Below, piece after piece: positions 57,465 through 64,000 of a stretch of DNA of 64,000 bases. Source of the DNA: a bacterium. GTDB taxonomy: Bacteria > Joyebacterota > Joyebacteria > Joyebacterales > Joyebacteraceae. The position numbers were made by a program, and so were the translations under genes. The notes beneath the pieces were generated by a model that made no database searches, was not told the DNA's origin, and saw only the letters and a list, made by a program, of their open reading frames with translations. Position 1 is the first letter of the stretch; each line of letters opens with the position of its first letter. The stretch lies in contig JAPEKQ010000002.1 of NCBI GenBank assembly GCA_029990205.1, positions 32,845 to 96,844 on the forward strand, in the 5' to 3' direction.

Positions 57465-58829
57465 CTATGCTCTTCCTTCCCCGGAGCCTCCGAGAGCCTT
57501 CTCGGCTCTCGTCGCGAGCGCGTCCGCGCCATCGGCATCCGGCGCTTCGGCGATAACACGTACGATCGGCTCCGTGTTCGAAGGGCGTACGTGGACCCAT
57601 CTGTCGGCCCACGAGATCTTGACTCCATCGGTCCGGTCGATCTCTCCACCGGTCAGTACGGCGACCAGCGCACTCTCCAGCTCGGCGGTCGACCGGGTCG
57701 CCGCCGGGAGCTTCCTTTTCACGATCGCATAGGGCGTGAGCTCGCGCACGAGCTCTCCGACGGTCGCCACGCCTCTGCGGGCCATGTGCGACACGATGAG
57801 CGCCACCGCCGTCGCCGCGTCGCGGCCGGGCTGCACGTCCGGCAGCACGACCCCACCGTTCCCCTCACCTCCCACGACGGCTGAGACCTCGAACATCTTC
57901 TCCACAACGTTCGCTTCGCCCACCGCCGTGCGATGAACGTTCACCCCGTACGAGGCTGCGACGTCGTCCATCATCCGACTCGTCGAGACATTGGTCACCA
58001 CGGGGCCCGGCGTGGTCGCAAGCACCGCACCGGTCGCGAGCGCCAGCGTGAACTCTTCACCGACGGCCAGACCGGTCTCGTCGACGATGGCGAGACGGTC
58101 CGCGTCCGGATCACACGCAAAGCCTGCCGCCGCACCGGTCTCACGGACGCGATCCCCGAGCGCCGTGAGGCTCTCGGGGACAGGCTCCGCCACACGCGGG
58201 AACCCTGTGCCGACCTCGGTGAACACCTCGACGACCTCGCACCCGAGCCTCCGCAGAAGCTGCGGGAGGATCACCGAACCCGCCGCGTTGCAGCAGTCGA
58301 CGACGATTCGAGGAGCCGCGTCGGCCACGGCGGCGCGGTCCACGTGCTGTGTGTCCAGAACCAGCTCGATGTGTGTCCTGATCGCGTCGGCGGTCTCCGG
58401 CGCAACCTCCGGGTCCGGGCACGGCGCCGCGGCTCTTCCCGCGAGCGCGTCGGCGGCGTCGAAGATCCGTTCGCCTTCCTCGCGCGTCACGAACACGCCG
58501 GAGCCCGAGAAGAACTTCAGGCCGTTGTACTCCCCCGGATTGTGACTCGCGGTGATGCAGATGCCGCCCGCGCATCCCCGGGTGCGGACGGCCACACCGA
58601 CGGTCGGGGTCGGCACGATACCGAGCTGGACCGGCGTCACACCGGCGATGAGAAGTCCCTGGACGACGGCCGCCTCGAGCGCGTCTCCGCCCGGGCGGGA
58701 GTCCCACCCGACCGCGACGCGGCCACCGGCGAGCTCTCCGAATGCGCGCGCGTGCCGTCGCGCGATGTTCTCATCGAGGTCACGCGGCACGATCCCGCGC
58801 ACACCCGCAACACTCCTGATAAGCGTCAA
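57465..58829 (-). CDS. glmM: Phosphohexomutase, probably phosphoglucosamine mutase
   Basis: GVRG, TASHNP, DPDADR, GGEGNGG, RPSNTEP; TTG start overlaps the upstream stop; adjacent to glmS. Confidence 0.85.
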   Translation of the reverse strand: MTLIRSVAGVRGIVPRDLDENIARRHARAFGELAGGRVAVGWDSRPGGDALEAAVVQGLLIAGVTPVQLGIVPTPTVGVAVRTRGCAGGICITASHNPGEYNGLKFFSGSGVFVTREEGERIFDAADALAGRAAAPCPDPEVAPETADAIRTHIELVLDTQHVDRAAVADAAPRIVVDCCNAAGSVILPQLLRRLGCEVVEVFTEVGTGFPRVAEPVPESLTALGDRVRETGAAAGFACDPDADRLAIVDETGLAVGEEFTLALATGAVLATTPGPVVTNVSTSRMMDDVAASYGVNVHRTAVGEANVVEKMFEVSAVVGGEGNGGVVLPDVQPGRDAATAVALIVSHMARRGVATVGELVRELTPYAIVKRKLPAATRSTAELESALVAVLTGGEIDRTDGVKISWADRWVHVRPSNTEPIVRVIAEAPDADGADALATRAEKALGGSGEGRA

Positions 58830-60643
58830 GGCTGGTCCTCCCCGCCGCCGGCCGGCAGAGGCTCGTCCGGTGTCTCGTCAGGGATGTCATCGAAGGTCCC
58901 GCTCTCGACCTCCTCGAGCGGCTCGCCGGACGATCCTCCCGTGACCTCATCTTCGGCGTCCGCTTCTGGTTCGGCGGGCTCGATCCCGAGAGCCTTCTCG
59001 GCCTCGCGAGCGTAGTCCGTGTCCGGATACATCTCGATGATCCCGCGGTAGGCCTCGGCGGACAGCATGGGCTGCTCGAGCATCTCGCTCCGCGCCCACG
59101 CGGCGGCCAGCGCCGCCTTCGGCCCGAGCGGCGTGTTGCCGAAGTGTTCGACGACCATCTCGTAGTACCCGACGGCCTCCTCGGCATTGTCCATCTTGAA
59201 GAGGTAGAGCTCGCCCGCGCGGAACATCGCCCTCGCCTCTTCCGGAACCACGACGGTGTCGGGTTCGGCGGCGGCAGGCGTGTCGAGCAGTGTGACGGCG
59301 AGGGAATCGGCTGGAATGGCCAGCGAGTCGGCCGGAATCGACAGCGAGTCGCTGAGCATCGTCACGAACTGCGACTCGTCGACGGCTTCCGCGACCGCCG
59401 CCAGTGAATCGGCTGGAGCAATCAAGGAGTCGGCCGGGGCAATCGAGGAGTCGGCGGCCGCGAGCAGCGTGTCCGCGGACGCGGACAGCGTGTCGGCCAG
59501 GCCGGCGAGAGTGTCCGCCTCAGTCGGGGTCTCCTCGGGACCGGCGAGCCAGCTCTCGATGAGAGCGAGCGACTCCTGGAGCTCCTCGATGTCGCGGATG
59601 GCATCTCCGGCCTCACGCGACACATCGCTTCGCGGAGCCTCATCCTTGGCGTCGCGGAACGATTCGACGGCTTCCTCGAAGGTCCCGAATCCGTCACGAC
59701 GGATCAGACCGACGCGATAGAGCGCCTCGGCCGCGGCGTTCGACCGCTCATGCGACGCGGCGATACCCTCGTACGTGGAGACTGCGTCCTCGAGATCACC
59801 CATCATCTCCTGCGTGCGTCCCCTCAGGAGGAGCACGCGGTCCAGATCATCGCGATCGGTCGTGCGACGTTCCACGTCGCCGAGAACCTCGAGAGCATCC
59901 TCCAGGCGATTGACATCAAGATAGACCTCGGCCAGCCGGACACGCGCTTCGAACGCAAGCTGCCGGGCTCCACGCTCGTCGCTGACCGCGGCGAGGTGGT
60001 GCGCCGCCTCCTCGAGCCTTCCCATCGCCACGAAGTTCTCGGCGGCGAGGAATCGGATCTCCGCGCGGAGATCGCTGTTCGGGAAACGCTCCAGCGCCAG
60101 CGCGTAGGCCTCGGCCGCCTCGTCGAAGTGGCGCCGCGAGTGTCTGGCGCGGCCGACCATCACGAGAGCGTCATCGGAGAGGTCGACCGGCGGGTCCGCG
60201 TACGCAAGATCCGCAAGTGTCTGCTCAGCCGAGACCGGGTTGTCCCGGGCGAGCATGACGGCAGCGAGCAGATAGCCCGCTTCCGCGGAGAGATCGCTGT
60301 CGGGATAGAGCGCTGCGAAGTCGTTCAGGCGCATCTCCGCGCTCTCGTACTTCCCCTGTCGGTAGAGCGCGTTCGCCATCAGCAGCAGCGCGTCGTCCGC
60401 CCAGTCCGAGTTCGGATAGAGCGTCAGCACACGCCCGCTCTTCTCGATGGCGCGGTCAAGATGCTCGTTCTCCTGTGATGTCGGCTCGGAGTCCGGCGGC
60501 CTCGTCGCCCGGATGCTCTCGGCATCGGCGTAGGCGCTCCTGGCGTGGTAGAACGTGTTGTAGTACACGCAACCGCTGAGCGCCAACGCTGCGAGCGCCA
60601 CGACAGACCCGAGAAGCAGGGCGGTGCGTGCTTTGGTCCTCAC
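58826..60643 (-). CDS. TPR-repeat lipoprotein with a D(S/T)L heptad-repeat insert
   Basis: LSGC lipobox then VYYNTFYHA; YPNSDWADDAL, YPDS, FPNS, YPDT TPR turns; GAGGAG RBS before GTG 60643. Confidence 0.85.
   Translation of the reverse strand: MRTKARTALLLGSVVALAALALSGCVYYNTFYHARSAYADAESIRATRPPDSEPTSQENEHLDRAIEKSGRVLTLYPNSDWADDALLLMANALYRQGKYESAEMRLNDFAALYPDSDLSAEAGYLLAAVMLARDNPVSAEQTLADLAYADPPVDLSDDALVMVGRARHSRRHFDEAAEAYALALERFPNSDLRAEIRFLAAENFVAMGRLEEAAHHLAAVSDERGARQLAFEARVRLAEVYLDVNRLEDALEVLGDVERRTTDRDDLDRVLLLRGRTQEMMGDLEDAVSTYEGIAASHERSNAAAEALYRVGLIRRDGFGTFEEAVESFRDAKDEAPRSDVSREAGDAIRDIEELQESLALIESWLAGPEETPTEADTLAGLADTLSASADTLLAAADSSIAPADSLIAPADSLAAVAEAVDESQFVTMLSDSLSIPADSLAIPADSLAVTLLDTPAAAEPDTVVVPEEARAMFRAGELYLFKMDNAEEAVGYYEMVVEHFGNTPLGPKAALAAAWARSEMLEQPMLSAEAYRGIIEMYPDTDYAREAEKALGIEPAEPEADAEDEVTGGSSGEPLEEVESGTFDDIPDETPDEPLPAGGGEDQP
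59252..59518 (-). repeat. 21-bp (7-aa) degenerate repeats, ADTL/ADSLxxx
   Basis: ADTLAGL ADTLSAS ADTLLAA ADSSIAP ADSLIAP ADSLAAV..SDSLSIP ADSLAIP ADSLAVT. Confidence 0.85.
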
Positions 60644-60671
60644 GAAGTGTCTCCTCGATGTGGCTCGGTTC

Positions 60672-62127
<1,456 letters not shown>

Positions 62128-62131
<4 letters not shown>

Positions 62132-62952
62132 TGTGTCCCTCCGGCCAGAGCCTCGATGAGCTCGTCCATCGTCAGGATGTCCTCCGGCAGCGGTCGGCCG
62201 GCCGTTCTCAGAGCCCCGGCGAGACCCATCGCGGGCGGCGGACGGAGTCCCCAGCCATCGGCGCCGCTCCCGGCGGCGAAGAGCTCGCGTGGCGGCGCGT
62301 CGAAGACGACGCGTCCCTCGACGAGCACGACAGCCCGGTCGGCGTACGCGATCTCCTCGGGGAACTGGGTGACGTGGATGACGGTCCGCTCCTCACGGGA
62401 GCGGAGCTCGGCGAGCAACGCCCAGAGGTCCGCGCGGCCGCGGGCGTCGAGGAGCGAGGTGGGCTCGTCGAGAAGAAGATGGCGCGGACGCATCGCCAGC
62501 ACCGCCGCCACCGCGACGCGCTGCTTCTCCCCGCCCGACAGCCGGTGCGGCGGCCGGTCGCGGAGCTGCTCGAGTCCGAGCATCGGAAGCAGCGTCTCAA
62601 CGCGCGAACGCATTTCGTCCCGGTCGAGCCCCAGATTCTCCATCCCGAATGCGAGCTCGCGCTCGACGGTCGTGCTCACGATCTGGTCATCGGGGTTCTG
62701 AAAGACCAGACCGACGCGACGGCGTATCTCCCAGAGCGATGCGTCATCGCGCGTGTCCATCCCATCAACCGAGACGCTCCCCGTCGTCGGCAGGAGAAGC
62801 GCGTTGAGCAGTCTCAACAGGCTCGTCTTGCCGGAGCCGCTCGGACCGGCGAGCGCAACGGTCTCACCGGCGGCGATCGACAGGTTCACACCATCGAGTG
62901 AAGGGCGCGCAGCGCCCGGAAAGGTCACACCGACGTCGCGGAGCTCTATCAC
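62128..62952 (-). CDS. ECF transporter ATPase (EcfA1-like)
   Basis: GPSGSGKT, VFQNPDDQIVSTTVE, LSGGEKQRVA, LDEPTSLLD. Confidence 0.9.
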
Positions 62953-63845
62953 GGCCGGCCCGCTTCCCAGGGAACGACCGTTCCCGGCTCAGCGCCGGTG
63001 GCCGGCTCCGTCCCGATCGTCAGCTCGCCCGGAACGTCGCGCCCCTCGCTCGCGCGCAGCCGCTCGAACGCGGCCTCTCCCGCGAGTTCGATGAGGCGGG
63101 TCCTGGCGACCTCCGCCCAACTGCCCGAGGGATGGCGACGGAGATACGCGTCGAGCGCGAAGATCCCGTCCTCCAGCCGCCCCACGTCGAGCAACGCCAC
63201 GGCTCGCGAGAACATGGCCTCTTCGTGCGACGGGTCGAGCGTCAGCGCGTGTTCGAAGTGCGCGAGCCCGCCGGCGGTGTCTCCGCCGTCGAACAGCGCC
63301 TTGCCGAGCGCGAAGACGATGTCCGGGTCGTTCGGCCGGACGGCGAGCACCTGGTCGAGCATGGCGACGGCGGCGGACGGCTCCCCCATCATCAGGAGCA
63401 CGACGCCGAGGTTGTATCCGGCGTCGACGAACCTCGGGTCGATACGGAGCGCCTCGCGGAACTCCTCCGTGGCCTTCCTGAGCTCACCCGCCTCCGCATG
63501 CTCGGTGCCGCGGTTGTAGTGTGACTTCGCCTCCGTGCGGCGCGCGTACCGGGCCACGTCCTCCTCGCCGACGGGAACGTCCACAAGAGCGCCGCGGTCG
63601 AGGGCAAAGCCCGGTGCGACTCCGTTGGCCTCCGCAAGGAAGCTCGCGGCGTCCGTCGTCCCGTAGTAGTCATCGGCCAGCGATGCGAAGCTCTCGCCGT
63701 CGGCGACGACGTGCGTGACCATCTCGATGGTCTCCGCTCCGCTGCCCGTGAACGTCGGCGGCCCGCCGCAGCCCGCGACGGCCAGCAGCGCGGCGCACGC
63801 GGAAAGAAGCAGCGTGGTTCTCATCATCCGTTCGAATCGTCGCAT
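62949..63845 (-). CDS. LysM + TPR lipoprotein
   Basis: VAGC lipobox; HVVADGESFASLADDYYG..LAEANG (LysM); TPRs (AGYNLGVVL); GGAGG RBS. Confidence 0.82.
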   Translation of the reverse strand: MRRFERMMRTTLLLSACAALLAVAGCGGPPTFTGSGAETIEMVTHVVADGESFASLADDYYGTTDAASFLAEANGVAPGFALDRGALVDVPVGEEDVARYARRTEAKSHYNRGTEHAEAGELRKATEEFREALRIDPRFVDAGYNLGVVLLMMGEPSAAVAMLDQVLAVRPNDPDIVFALGKALFDGGDTAGGLAHFEHALTLDPSHEEAMFSRAVALLDVGRLEDGIFALDAYLRRHPSGSWAEVARTRLIELAGEAAFERLRASEGRDVPGELTIGTEPATGAEPGTVVPWEAGRP

Positions 63846-64000
63846 CGGACCTCCTCCGCGAGCGCGCGTTCGAGCCGGGCGCGTACGTTCTCGCTCCCCT
63901 CCATGATGACGAGCTCGCGTCTGAGTTCGACGGCGCCCGGGAACCCCTTGAGCGTCGCCACGATGTGCTTCCTCATCTCCATCACGCCGCGATGCTCGCC
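63824..64000 (-). CDS. 3' end of a tRNA-dihydrouridine synthase (DusB-like)
   Basis: GEHRGVMEMRKHIVATLKGFPGAVELRREL resembles the Dus C-terminal RKH..KG.PG..LR motif; partial gene. Confidence 0.65.
   Translation of the reverse strand, partial: GEHRGVMEMRKHIVATLKGFPGAVELRRELVIMEGSENVRARLERALAEEVRCDDSNG

Noticed and set aside
57465..57480. glmS ribozyme
   Set aside because: The glmM stop abuts the glmS ATG, leaving no leader to hold one

Overview
High-GC bacterial chromosome segment that is almost entirely minus-strand housekeeping genes. No prophage, IS, integrase or CRISPR array is visible. Lipoproteins, an Omp85 barrel, rubrerythrin, a 2[4Fe-4S] ferredoxin and an ADP-forming acetate-CoA ligase suggest a diderm anaerobe; the gene style is consistent with an FCB-affiliated candidate phylum (inference only). 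In coordinate order: 5' part of a secreted pullulanase; rubrerythrin; secreted EEP nuclease/phosphatase; OB-fold+PG-binding protein; gatCAB; pcrA; a zinc-peptidase/PD40/Omp85 fusion; the rplM-rpsI-rpsB-tsf-pyrH-frr-fdx-uppS-cdsA-dxr-rseP block; recJ-rel-dtd-maf-mtnA; RNase P RNA; RNase HI; zinc-ribbon protein; tRNA-Val and tRNA-Ile2; rpsU-yqeY-nif3-mutS2-dnaG-rpoD; a plus-strand CoA-transferase-GNAT / acetate-CoA ligase / DRTGG operon; a CIRCE-controlled hrcA-grpE-dnaK-dnaJ-rsmE operon with inserted genes; lepB; a selenium locus; glmS, glmM, a TPR lipoprotein, pyrR, two ECF ATPases, a LysM-TPR lipoprotein and the 3' end of dusB. Main points of interest: (1) selD is recoded at an in-frame UGA with a SECIS-like hairpin and is followed by tRNA-Sec and a PP-loop/CxxC thiouridylase-like gene, a candidate selenium tRNA-modification module; (2) a strong TAG stop-codon bias; (3) a heptad array of Bacteroidetes-type D-(S/T)-hydrophobic O-glycosylation sequons in the TPR lipoprotein; (4) a POTRA-less protease-propeller-Omp85 at the usual bamA position. 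All calls come from motif reading by eye; no database searches were run.
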